A stretch of 46,533 bases of DNA from Chloracidobacterium sp. (lineage in GTDB: Bacteria > Acidobacteriota > Blastocatellia > Pyrinomonadales > Pyrinomonadaceae): positions 1 through 46,533 of the forward strand of contig JAYVFJ010000146.1 in the NCBI GenBank assembly GCA_043773225.1, read 5' to 3'. Positions within the stretch are counted from its first letter, which is position 1. Each line of letters starts with the position of its first letter. A program made the position numbers and the translations under genes. Positions 10,089 to 18,571 of this stretch are shown in pieces. Under the pieces are notes generated by a model, which saw only the letters and a program-made list of their open reading frames with translations, did no database searches and was not told the origin of the DNA.

Positions 10089-11855
10089 TTACTTTGTCGG
10101 CATCACATATTTGCCGCCGCATTTTTGCCAATAAATATGATAGGTTCGCGCAGGGCCGATGAGATATTGATAATCGCGAAACCCTGTCGAATGAATCAAT
10201 GCCGCAAGTCTTAGATTTCTTTTGCTGAGAATCTCGCGGGGAAAATCGGATTCACGCAAAAGATCTTTGGCCTGTTTCATCACGCGGCGTTTTTGCGTCT
10301 TGTTCTCTGCCGATTTATATTCGTCTGCCCATTGGTAAGCGAGGTTGTCAGAAACCGGAACCGGACACGGCTGATGCCCGGGATAAACTTGCCACGCAAC
10401 CGACGTAACCGCCGGCGGAAAAAGCGACAACCATTTGACATAAAGTCTGTGCCTGAGACATATGTCAATCGGAACAGAGGCGATCAGGGCGAGAAACGAA
10501 CTGTCAAAAAACGGCAACTGAAATTCGAGACGATGACGGTCTATATTCTCAAAATGTTTGCCAAGTTTCCGGTGCTGGTCATTTAAGAGAAGATGAAAAT
10601 AAAAATTGCGAGCCGGATCGTGAGAATGAAAATTGTTCAGTTCCTCGCGGATGCCGTCATTGATCGCTCTCGACAAAATGCCGGACACTTCAGAACGGAA
10701 AAGTCTCGGAACAACCTGTGCCGATTCTCGTCTCAGATGTTCTTCGATCACCGCATTCAGATTTCCTGCCCGCATTAAGTCAACCATTTCCTCGGTCAAA
10801 TGAACGTGGCCGAGCGCAACGCTGCCGCCTTCGCCGCTCCAAACGATCATCGGCCGTTCGGCAGGCGCGTTGCTGCGGCTATTCACCGCCGTCCAAACTT
10901 CGGCCATCAGCGATGAATAATCGGGAACAGAGTCGCCGGGCCTTTTTGGGATTTCCTCGTGTATCGCTCTTATCGCCTTTGCAAATTCCAAACCGAGTAC
11001 CTGATCCTGAGTATGCGGACGGGCGAAGTTAAATGTGTGAACCCGAACGCCTTTTTCGCGCAGCCCTGCGACAATACACCGCGAATCGAGGCCGCCGCTC
11101 AAATACGCGGCTGTGGTTGTGTCGTTCCTAACCCGTCGCGCAACGGCTCGATTAAAGCTGTTATAGAGTTCTGCTAAAAGTTCATCTTCAGACGCGGTGG
11201 AAACTTCTATCTCGTCCCATCGCCAATATTTTTGACGCGAAGTTTCATTTTCGGTGATCGTCACGACCTCGGCGGCGCGAACCATGCAAATATCCGCGTA
11301 TGGCGTCCGCTCGCCGAGCGGATAACCAAGCCCGACAATTTCGGTAACCGCCCGGACATCAACCTTTTTCGGTATCAAATCCAAATCTTCGAGAATGCGA
11401 AGAGCGCTTGCAAACACCGCGTATTCGTCACTGATCCAAAAATACAATGGCCGCAGGCCGAGTTTGTCGGCGATCAGATTTAGTTTGCCCGTAGAGGGTT
11501 GATAGTGAACGGCGCTAAAAACTCCGTTTGCTCTCTGCAAAATGTCCGGATCGTGTCGGGCGAAACCGTCATGTATCAAAGCGGTATCTTTTTCACGGCT
11601 TTGCCACGTTTCATTGCTATCGCCATCCAGCAACGGCTCACCTGTCACCAATGTGATCGCACCGTTTTCATCTATCTTCTCGGCCGGTTCGCCAAACGCA
11701 CCGATGTCCACCTTTATAAAATAGCTTCGCTCGTCTTGGAAAACGCTAACCTCATCACGCGGGTCGCGCGAGATCGTCCGTTGCAAACTGTCACAAACAG
11801 AGACGGGTAAAAGGCGATTGGAATTTCGGCTGATTATACCGGCAATTAGCGTCAT
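10089..11855 (-). CDS. Asparagine synthase (AsnB)-family adenylating enzyme lacking the N-terminal Cys nucleophile
   Basis: 588 aa with the PP-loop AAYLSGGLDSRCIVAGL. The N-terminus is MTLIAGII rather than MCGIxG. An in-frame stop lies two codons upstream of the ATG. Confidence 0.85.
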   Translation of the reverse strand: MTLIAGIISRNSNRLLPVSVCDSLQRTISRDPRDEVSVFQDERSYFIKVDIGAFGEPAEKIDENGAITLVTGEPLLDGDSNETWQSREKDTALIHDGFARHDPDILQRANGVFSAVHYQPSTGKLNLIADKLGLRPLYFWISDEYAVFASALRILEDLDLIPKKVDVRAVTEIVGLGYPLGERTPYADICMVRAAEVVTITENETSRQKYWRWDEIEVSTASEDELLAELYNSFNRAVARRVRNDTTTAAYLSGGLDSRCIVAGLREKGVRVHTFNFARPHTQDQVLGLEFAKAIRAIHEEIPKRPGDSVPDYSSLMAEVWTAVNSRSNAPAERPMIVWSGEGGSVALGHVHLTEEMVDLMRAGNLNAVIEEHLRRESAQVVPRLFRSEVSGILSRAINDGIREELNNFHSHDPARNFYFHLLLNDQHRKLGKHFENIDRHRLEFQLPFFDSSFLALIASVPIDICLRHRLYVKWLSLFPPAVTSVAWQVYPGHQPCPVPVSDNLAYQWADEYKSAENKTQKRRVMKQAKDLLRESDFPREILSKRNLRLAALIHSTGFRDYQYLIGPARTYHIYWQKCGGKYVMPTK

Positions 11856-11950
11856 TGATTAATGTCCATTTGGCACAAGCCAATCTTATAGGAAAGTTGA
11901 ATCATAAAGCATTTTCAGTTATTCGAGGACTTTGTTCCAAAAACCGAGGT

Positions 11951-11979
11951 TGTGTCACAGAATGACACAAACTGTCACA
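11951..11979. promoter_or_regulatory. Palindrome TGTGTCA-N5-TGACACA plus an extra TGTCACA half-site
   Basis: Perfect 7-bp inverted repeat at 11951-11969. A third half-site sits at 11973-11979. Located in the 497-bp divergent intergenic region between the AsnB-like gene and the sigma-54 activator gene. Confidence 0.3.
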
Positions 11980-12039
11980 GGATGAACGATGTAAGTTACA
12001 GTAAATACAAGGTTTAAGCCTAGTTCCGGAAACGTTCCA

Positions 12040-12071
12040 TGTCCCAGGTTGTCCCATTTCCGTGTGGGACA
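12040..12071. promoter_or_regulatory. TGTCCCA direct repeat and palindrome TGTCCCA-N8-TGGGACA
   Basis: TGTCCCA at 12040-12046 and 12050-12056. Its reverse complement TGGGACA is at 12065-12071. A related GTGTCCCAC is at 12115-12123. Confidence 0.3.
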
Positions 12072-12351
12072 GTCTAAATGTTGTAAATATTAGACTTACA
12101 TGGCGTATTTTGCCGTGTCCCACGAATTTTCAAAAAAATGCAGCTGTTGTCAAATAGCAAAATAATATATGTAAACCTTATCAGAAAATTGCATATTTGT
12201 CAAGATATTTTACTGATGCAACAGATGTCAAGATCGCGTTTTCTGAAAAAAATTGTGGACGAAACGGATTTTTTTTGTTAGATTTCAACTGCGCAACTGT
12301 TTACTTAGTATTCAATTAGTTGAAACCCGTCGGCAATTCGTCGTTTTGTCA

Positions 12352-15300
12352 ATGGCGCGACAAATGAAAAAGGACCAGCATATTACCTCGTCTTCACGAC
12401 CTGGAACCGCTCGCGGCGGCCACGCGGCTGCGGCTCGGGCGATCTCGTTTGAGAGTATTGACGCCGTGTTTAAGAGCGTCGGGCAAAAGCTGCGCGAGGG
12501 ACTCTCCGGCGAGGCGGAAAAGATTCTTGTCAAAACTATTGACGGCTACGACCACACACCGGACAATCTTGCTAATCTTAAACGCCTCTTGTCCTTCACG
12601 CTCGAAACAAGCGGCCGCTACAAGGAATCTCTCGAAACTCTCAAGCCCTTTGAAGCTGAAGAAAATCTGGCAAACCTGTCCGTTGAGACGCAAATACGCA
12701 TAACGACGCATCTCGCAATCGCATACAACAATCTGACAGACCAGCCAAAGGCGGTGACGCTGCTCAAGCAGACGGTGAAAAAGGCTGAGGAAAATGACCT
12801 TCGGCATCTTTTAGGCAGCGTTGACATTGGTCTCGCACGGGTTTACCGCAAGCTCAGCGAATATCCGATCAGCCGCGATTATGCGCAAAAGGCGCTCGAC
12901 CGTTTTCGTGATAATGGCGATTGGCTGGGCATGGCAGAGGCCTATCGAGAGATCGCAAACAGTTATCACCAGGAGGGAAACAGCCAAAAATCGCTCGAAA
13001 ACTTTGAACTTGGGATCAAGATCATCGGCGGCAACAGCGCTCCGTTCATGCTCGGCAAGCTATACACCGATCTATCCGGCGCTTATTGGTTTTTAAGACG
13101 TCCGCAGGACGGTATCGCCTGTCTCGAAAAATCAATCGAATTTTTTGAGCAAACCGAGCACGCTCTCAATTCAGCCATCGCGCACGGCAATCTTGGCATT
13201 CACCTGACACTCTTGGGCGAATGGACAAAGGCCGAAGAAGTGCTCAGACAGGCGCTGGAGTTGGCTCTGAGAGAGAATCATGTTCACGTTGCGGGAATTT
13301 ACGACTCTCTGGGTGAACTCGAAATTCTCCGAGGCAATCTCGACGAGGCCGCAGAGCTTTTGGAAAAAGCCGTTGCTTTTGCCAAAGAGCGAAAACATCA
13401 ATGGTACACCGCCCAGTCAATGCGAAACCTCGCCCGATGCTATCTGCTGCGGGGCGAGCTAAAAAAAGCTACCAAACTTGCGAGCGAGACTATAGATTTT
13501 TCGGACGAGATCGGGAATAAGCACTATGCGAATATGGCGGGGCTTGTGCTTGCGGAATGCTACCTAAAGCAGGGCGAGGCCGAATCATGTGAAACTTCGC
13601 TGCACGTGATCGAAGAAACTGACCCTTCCAATGACTTTTTTGTCCTCGGCACCATACAGCGGATCCGCGGCCTCGCCGCACTCGAAGACGATGACCGCGA
13701 ACTCGCCGTTCACCACTTTAGCCGCGGCTTGACGATCTTTGAGACAGGCGGCGACGTTTACCATACTGCCCTTATGAATTATCTCGTCGGGGCAAATCTG
13801 GACAGGCGAAGTTCGACCCGGGCAAAGCGCCATCTTTCATCGGCGTCTGAAGGTTTCAAACATCTTGGTGTACCGTCCTATTCCGATCTCGTCGCCCGCG
13901 AACTACAGCGCCTGGAAGGAACACCCGCCGAATCAAAACCGCAGCGATATGATCGTCGGACAAATTCCGTAGTCTCACAGCTTTTGACCGTTCGCCTGGC
14001 CGAAGCCACCGCGTCGCGCGAACTTCTGTTCCGCGAACTCGTCGCCGTTCTTCAGCAGGACAGCAACGCCGACAAGATAATCATCGCCCAGTTCAACGAT
14101 CAGAAACGTCTCTATCCTTTCATAACTCACGGTTATTCGCCGCAGGAAAGCAACGAGCTTGTCACAAAACTTAACGACGCCCGCGCGTCGGGCAGCGAAA
14201 AGACTTTTGCGCGAACAAAGAATATCGCCGTTCTTCCGCTGCACGCATCGGCCGCAGCGCCTGCTTTTTTGCTTATCAATCCGCAATCGGGTGCTTGTCT
14301 GAGCGATGAGAGTTCGCTGGCTCCGCTGCTTCGCATTGTTGAGTTGGGAATGGACGTCATTGCGCTTCGCGAACGAGACAAGTCGGCCCCGGCCGAGCGG
14401 GAATCTTCGCCCTACGCGTCAAACAGCGTCATGCCCGGCTTTATCCACTCGTCGCCGGCGATGACCTCGCTGGTCGAGGAAGTTTACAAGATACGCTCGT
14501 CCGACGTGACAGTGCTCGTGACAGGCGAATCGGGGACCGGCAAGGAACTGGTCTCGCGGGCAATCCATACTCTGTCGAACCGCAAGGACAAAATCTTTGT
14601 GCCGTTCAACTGCACCGCCGTGCCAAAAGAATTAGCCGAGGGACATCTTTTCGGTTACAAAAAAGGCGCGTTTACCGGCGCGGTCGAAGATTCGCCCGGC
14701 ATGATCCGCACAGCGGATGGCGGAACGCTGTTCCTCGATGAGGTCGGCGATTTGCCGATTGACGTCCAGCCAAAACTTTTGCGCTTTTTGCAGGAAGGCG
14801 AGATACAGCCGCTCGGCGATAAAAAACCGATAAAGGTAGATGTCCGTATCATCGCCGCGACCAATATGCCGCTTGAGGAAAAAGTTGCAAACGGCACCTT
14901 TCGCGAAGATTTGTTTTATCGTCTAAATGTTATTCGCCTGCGGGTGGCTCCGCTGCGGGAACGCCGTTCAGAGATACCGCCGATCATAAATTATTACGTT
15001 GATCATTACTCATCGCGTTTTGGGAAACACGACATCACATTCACGCCGCAAACGGTTGATCTTATGATGGTCTGCAATTGGCAGGGCAACGTCCGGCAGC
15101 TTTGCAACGAGGTTCAGCGGATTGTCGCCCGCGCGGTTGATAATGAGGTGATAACACCCGACCATCTCTCGCCCGAGCTTAAGAGCAGCGCGCAGCCGCT
15201 TACACGCTTTGACTCCGATTCAAACGTAAAACCGATCGCGTCCTACGACCGAGTCTTTTCCCCGTTTGCAAACATGTCAGAAGGCGGCACGCTCGAAAAC

Positions 15301-15450
15301 GCCGTCTCCGATCTCGAAATGCAGCTCATCCGCGCATCGCTCGCCCGTCACCGCTGGAACATCTCGCGCGTCGCGGGCGAACTCGGCCTAACCCGCCGCG
15401 GGCTTTATCTAAAATTAGCACGATACGGTATCGAAAAGGCTGTCTCTTAA
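12352..15450 (+). CDS. Sigma-54-dependent transcriptional activator (bEBP) with N-terminal TPR and GAF-like sensor regions and no receiver domain
   Basis: Walker A VLVTGESGTGKE, GAFTGA motif (KKGAFTGAV), Walker B TLFLDEVGDL, and a C-terminal Fis-type HTH NISRVAGELGLTRRGLYLKLARYGI. About 700 aa of TPR-like repeats lie upstream. ATG at 12352 (MARQMKKDQ) is preferred over the TTG at 12253. Confidence 0.9.
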   Translation: MARQMKKDQHITSSSRPGTARGGHAAAARAISFESIDAVFKSVGQKLREGLSGEAEKILVKTIDGYDHTPDNLANLKRLLSFTLETSGRYKESLETLKPFEAEENLANLSVETQIRITTHLAIAYNNLTDQPKAVTLLKQTVKKAEENDLRHLLGSVDIGLARVYRKLSEYPISRDYAQKALDRFRDNGDWLGMAEAYREIANSYHQEGNSQKSLENFELGIKIIGGNSAPFMLGKLYTDLSGAYWFLRRPQDGIACLEKSIEFFEQTEHALNSAIAHGNLGIHLTLLGEWTKAEEVLRQALELALRENHVHVAGIYDSLGELEILRGNLDEAAELLEKAVAFAKERKHQWYTAQSMRNLARCYLLRGELKKATKLASETIDFSDEIGNKHYANMAGLVLAECYLKQGEAESCETSLHVIEETDPSNDFFVLGTIQRIRGLAALEDDDRELAVHHFSRGLTIFETGGDVYHTALMNYLVGANLDRRSSTRAKRHLSSASEGFKHLGVPSYSDLVARELQRLEGTPAESKPQRYDRRTNSVVSQLLTVRLAEATASRELLFRELVAVLQQDSNADKIIIAQFNDQKRLYPFITHGYSPQESNELVTKLNDARASGSEKTFARTKNIAVLPLHASAAAPAFLLINPQSGACLSDESSLAPLLRIVELGMDVIALRERDKSAPAERESSPYASNSVMPGFIHSSPAMTSLVEEVYKIRSSDVTVLVTGESGTGKELVSRAIHTLSNRKDKIFVPFNCTAVPKELAEGHLFGYKKGAFTGAVEDSPGMIRTADGGTLFLDEVGDLPIDVQPKLLRFLQEGEIQPLGDKKPIKVDVRIIAATNMPLEEKVANGTFREDLFYRLNVIRLRVAPLRERRSEIPPIINYYVDHYSSRFGKHDITFTPQTVDLMMVCNWQGNVRQLCNEVQRIVARAVDNEVITPDHLSPELKSSAQPLTRFDSDSNVKPIASYDRVFSPFANMSEGGTLENAVSDLEMQLIRASLARHRWNISRVAGELGLTRRGLYLKLARYGIEKAVS

Positions 15451-15456
15451 TTCTTT

Positions 15457-15544
15457 CGTTTTCAGTTTTCACTTTGTAGTTTTAAGTTTGTTCGGATTGT
15501 ACTTTCCGAAAAAACTGAAAGCTGAAAAGTAAAACCTGAAAACG
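15457..15544. repeat. Long imperfect hairpin (39-nt arms, 31/39 paired) built from about 7-nt tandem units; likely bidirectional terminator
   Basis: cgttttcagttttcactttgtagttttaagtttgttcgg pairs with ccgaaaaaactgaaagctgaaaagtaaaacctgaaaacg. It lies between convergent genes ending at 15450 and 15550. Confidence 0.55.
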
Positions 15545-15549
15545 CTAGG

Positions 15550-16695
15550 CTAGGCAGTTCGTACTTTTAGTCCGTTTACAATTGGCGACAGGGCAGCGAG
15601 CACCTGACCGACTTCCGATTCTGTATTAAATCGTCCCAACGAAAATCGTATCGAGCCCATCGCATAGGAATACGGCACGTTCATCGCCTGTAGGACTGCT
15701 GATGCCGCGTGACCTTTTGAATGGCAGGCTGAGCCGGTTGAGACGCAGACGCCGAGTTCGTCGAGGCGGTGCATTATCATTTCGCCGTTTGTATTTTCAA
15801 ACGATATGCTCGATGTGTTGGGAAGACGTTTTACAGTGTCGCTCGTGCCGTTAAGACGTGAGTTTGGAATGTTAGTCAAAATTCCGGTTTCCAAACGGTC
15901 ACGCATAGAGCGTATTTTTTCGAGCGACGACAGATCTTTTATAAACTCGGCAGCCGCACCTAATCCGGCGACTTGGTGCGTGGCCTCGGTTCCGGCTCGA
16001 CGGCCATTTTGCTGTCCGCCGCCGACAAAAAACGACGGCAATTCGACGCCTTCGCGGATATAGAGAGCTCCGATGCCTTTCGGGCCGTAAAATTTATGCG
16101 CCGCAATCGAAAACAGATCAATCTCAGTGTTTTTCAGATCAATCGAAACTTTGCCGACGGCATTCACGCCATCAACGTGAAACAGTGCGTTTGACCTCTC
16201 TTTGACGATCTTGCCGATCTCCTCGACCGGAAATAGAATGCCGGTTTCGTTATTTGCGAGCATCGCCGAAACAATCGCCGTCTTTTCATTAAGAGCCGAA
16301 CGCAGAGCATCGAGGTCAAGGCTGCCGGCTTCGTCCACATCGAGCCACGTCACGCGGTGCGAGCGGGTTTCGAGTTTTTCACAAAGTTTGCGAACTGCTT
16401 CATGTTCGACGCGGGTCGTGATAATGTGATCTTTTTCCGGCTGGCTCTCAAGCGCGCCGAGTATCGCCCAATTATCGCTCTCGGTTCCGCATGACGTAAA
16501 AACGATCTCATCTTCGGAATGGGCACCGAGCAGATCGGCTACATTTTGGCGAGCTTGGGCGACAACTTTATAAGACTCGCGGCCAAGCGTGTGGGCAGAC
16601 GATGAATTTCCATACGACGAAACCAAATACGGCTTCATCGCATCAAAAACCTCTGGCGCGATCTGCGTGGTCGCATTATTGTCAAAATAGATCAT
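15550..16695 (-). CDS. Cysteine desulfurase (NifS/IscS class, PLP-dependent)
   Basis: MIYFDNNATTQ start, PLP lysine context SIAAHKFYGPKGIGALY, and active-site loop STGSACHS. ATG at 16695 is preferred because the track start (16710) falls inside the adjacent palindromic repeat. Confidence 0.9.
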   Translation of the reverse strand: MIYFDNNATTQIAPEVFDAMKPYLVSSYGNSSSAHTLGRESYKVVAQARQNVADLLGAHSEDEIVFTSCGTESDNWAILGALESQPEKDHIITTRVEHEAVRKLCEKLETRSHRVTWLDVDEAGSLDLDALRSALNEKTAIVSAMLANNETGILFPVEEIGKIVKERSNALFHVDGVNAVGKVSIDLKNTEIDLFSIAAHKFYGPKGIGALYIREGVELPSFFVGGGQQNGRRAGTEATHQVAGLGAAAEFIKDLSSLEKIRSMRDRLETGILTNIPNSRLNGTSDTVKRLPNTSSISFENTNGEMIMHRLDELGVCVSTGSACHSKGHAASAVLQAMNVPYSYAMGSIRFSLGRFNTESEVGQVLAALSPIVNGLKVRTA

Positions 16696-16704
16696 AAAAG
16701 TGTT

Positions 16705-16780
16705 GCACAAGCCCGCACGTTAGTAAGGGCGTAACACCCAACATTGAGGATACCGCCCTTACTAACGTGCAGGCTTGTGC
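16705..16780. repeat. REP-like palindromic element, copy 1
   Basis: 27-nt arms, gcacaagcccgcacgttagtaagggcg and cgcccttactaacgtgcaggcttgtgc, with 1 mismatch and a 22-nt loop. About 80% identical over its length to 44015-44088. Confidence 0.7.
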
Positions 16781-16839
16781 ATATGTTGTCAAAAAATCGA
16801 AGCGCGCTCAATTTACCATTTGCGCATTAGCCATTACAA

Positions 16840-18552
16840 TTGAGGATTAACTTGGACGCAATACTTAAAATAACAGAACCGACCGGCAGAACATGGGAAA
16901 CGCGGCTCGCCCACGGCTCGACCTATTCCATCGGACGCGCCCGCGAAAACGACATCGTCCTCGACGACCGCCGCGTTTCGCGCAAGCATGCGTTTATTTT
17001 CGGCGACGGCAAGGTGTTTAAGGTAATTGACGGCCACCTGGAAAACGGCCAGCTTATCCGCAGCGTCAACCACGTTTTTGTAAACGATAATATTCAAATA
17101 CAATGCCCGCTCGCCGAGGACGACGTCATAACCATCGGTGAAAGTAGTCTGAAATTTAACTCGCTAGCCGTCGAGAGCAAAGATCCGAGTGTCGAGATGT
17201 CCGAAACTGTCGAATCTGATACAGAGGTTGAAAAAGCGCAGACTGTAAATTACGACGACTCTCCGCTCGGCCACACGCAGGTTCAGATATCCGTCAACGA
17301 CATTATCGGCCGCCAATCGAGCTTATCGCTCGACACCGCCATTGCGACGCCCGAGGAGATCAAAAACCTGCGGCGAAAGGCAAAGATACTCGATCTTTTA
17401 TTCGAAATGAGCAAAACGCTCGGCACCGTTTTTGACTTGACCGAGATCTTTGAAAAGGCAACCGATCTTATTTTTCGCGGAACGCCCGCCGACCGCGTCG
17501 TTGCGTTGCTAACTGATGAGGCCGACGCCGATGCTGCCGACCACAGCCTTTACCAGATCGGCGCCCGGACACGCGAAGAAAGCATAAAAAAATTAACCGA
17601 AAAGCTGCCCATAAGCCGCACGATAACGCAAAAAGTGATGAGCGACCGCGTGGCTCTTTTGTCGCAGGATGCAAAAACCGACGAGCAGTTTCAGGGTGCC
17701 GAATCAATCGTCACGCAGGGCGTCCGGTCAACGATCTGCGCTCCGCTGATAACGCAGTCTAGCGTTCACGGCGTTCTGTATGCCGACAGGCTTGACCCTT
17801 TTGCCGCATTTACGCCTGACCATTTGGATCTGATCAGCGCGGTCGCGGCTCAAACCGCGGTGACGGTCGAAACTGTAAAAGCACACAAACGCTTAGCCCG
17901 CGAGGAAGTCGCGCGTGCCAACTACAGCCGCTTCATGCCTGAGTATGTCGTCCAACAGCTGCTAGAAAATCCCGATTCGTTCCGCCTCGGCGGTGCTAAT
18001 CAGACGATCACAGTTCTGTTTGCCGACATTCGCGGATTCACCTCGCTCTCAGAAAAAGAAAATCCGGAAAAAGTTGTAGGTTTGTTAAATCTCTATTTTT
18101 CCGCGATGACCGAGATAATTTTCGAGCACGGCGGAACGCTCGATAAATACATCGGCGACGAGTTGATGGCGCTTTTCGGAGCACCGACCGCCACGCCCCA
18201 GGATGCGCAAAATGCTGTCAAAGTTGCGGTCGCCATGCAGAAAAGACTCATATCTCTCAATAGAGATCTGGCCATTATCGGCTATTCGCAGATCGCAGTA
18301 GGTATCGGTCTTCATACCGGCGAAGCGACCGTCGGTTACATCGGTTCCGATCGGCGCTCAGAATATACAGCTATCGGTGACACCGTTAATATCGCTTCGC
18401 GTCTGCAGTCAAATGCTGACGGCGGACAGATACTCCTCAGCGAAGCAACGGCGACGGCTGCCGGCGACACATTCCCGATGACAAAACGCGAACCCCTCAT
18501 TGTAAAAAATCGCTTGCAACCGGTAGAGCTATTTGAGGTAAAATGGCAATGA
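16840..18552 (+). CDS. FHA-GAF-class III adenylate/guanylate cyclase
   Basis: FHA domain: YSIGRARENDIVLDDRRVSRKHAFIF. A central GAF-like region. Cyclase motifs TVLFADIRGFTSLSE, YIGDELMALFGAP and IGDTVNIASRLQS. The start codon (TTG at 16840 or 16852) is uncertain. Confidence 0.9.
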   Translation: MRINLDAILKITEPTGRTWETRLAHGSTYSIGRARENDIVLDDRRVSRKHAFIFGDGKVFKVIDGHLENGQLIRSVNHVFVNDNIQIQCPLAEDDVITIGESSLKFNSLAVESKDPSVEMSETVESDTEVEKAQTVNYDDSPLGHTQVQISVNDIIGRQSSLSLDTAIATPEEIKNLRRKAKILDLLFEMSKTLGTVFDLTEIFEKATDLIFRGTPADRVVALLTDEADADAADHSLYQIGARTREESIKKLTEKLPISRTITQKVMSDRVALLSQDAKTDEQFQGAESIVTQGVRSTICAPLITQSSVHGVLYADRLDPFAAFTPDHLDLISAVAAQTAVTVETVKAHKRLAREEVARANYSRFMPEYVVQQLLENPDSFRLGGANQTITVLFADIRGFTSLSEKENPEKVVGLLNLYFSAMTEIIFEHGGTLDKYIGDELMALFGAPTATPQDAQNAVKVAVAMQKRLISLNRDLAIIGYSQIAVGIGLHTGEATVGYIGSDRRSEYTAIGDTVNIASRLQSNADGGQILLSEATATAAGDTFPMTKREPLIVKNRLQPVELFEVKWQ

Positions 18553-18571
18553 CCTTCGATCGCAAATCTTT

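Noticed and set aside
9377-11855. Lasso-peptide or other RiPP cluster around the AsnB-like gene
   Set aside because: There is no transglutaminase-like B protease, no PqqD-like RRE and no short precursor ORF adjacent. The only neighbours are a TPR protein and a regulator.
11866-11883. TGGCAC hexamer (ttTGGCACaagccAATCTt) resembling a sigma-54 -24 element next to the sigma-54 activator gene
   Set aside because: The -12 position reads AATCT rather than TTGCW, so the GC dinucleotide is not at GG+10 spacing. I found no better -24/-12 match on either strand of the intergenic region.
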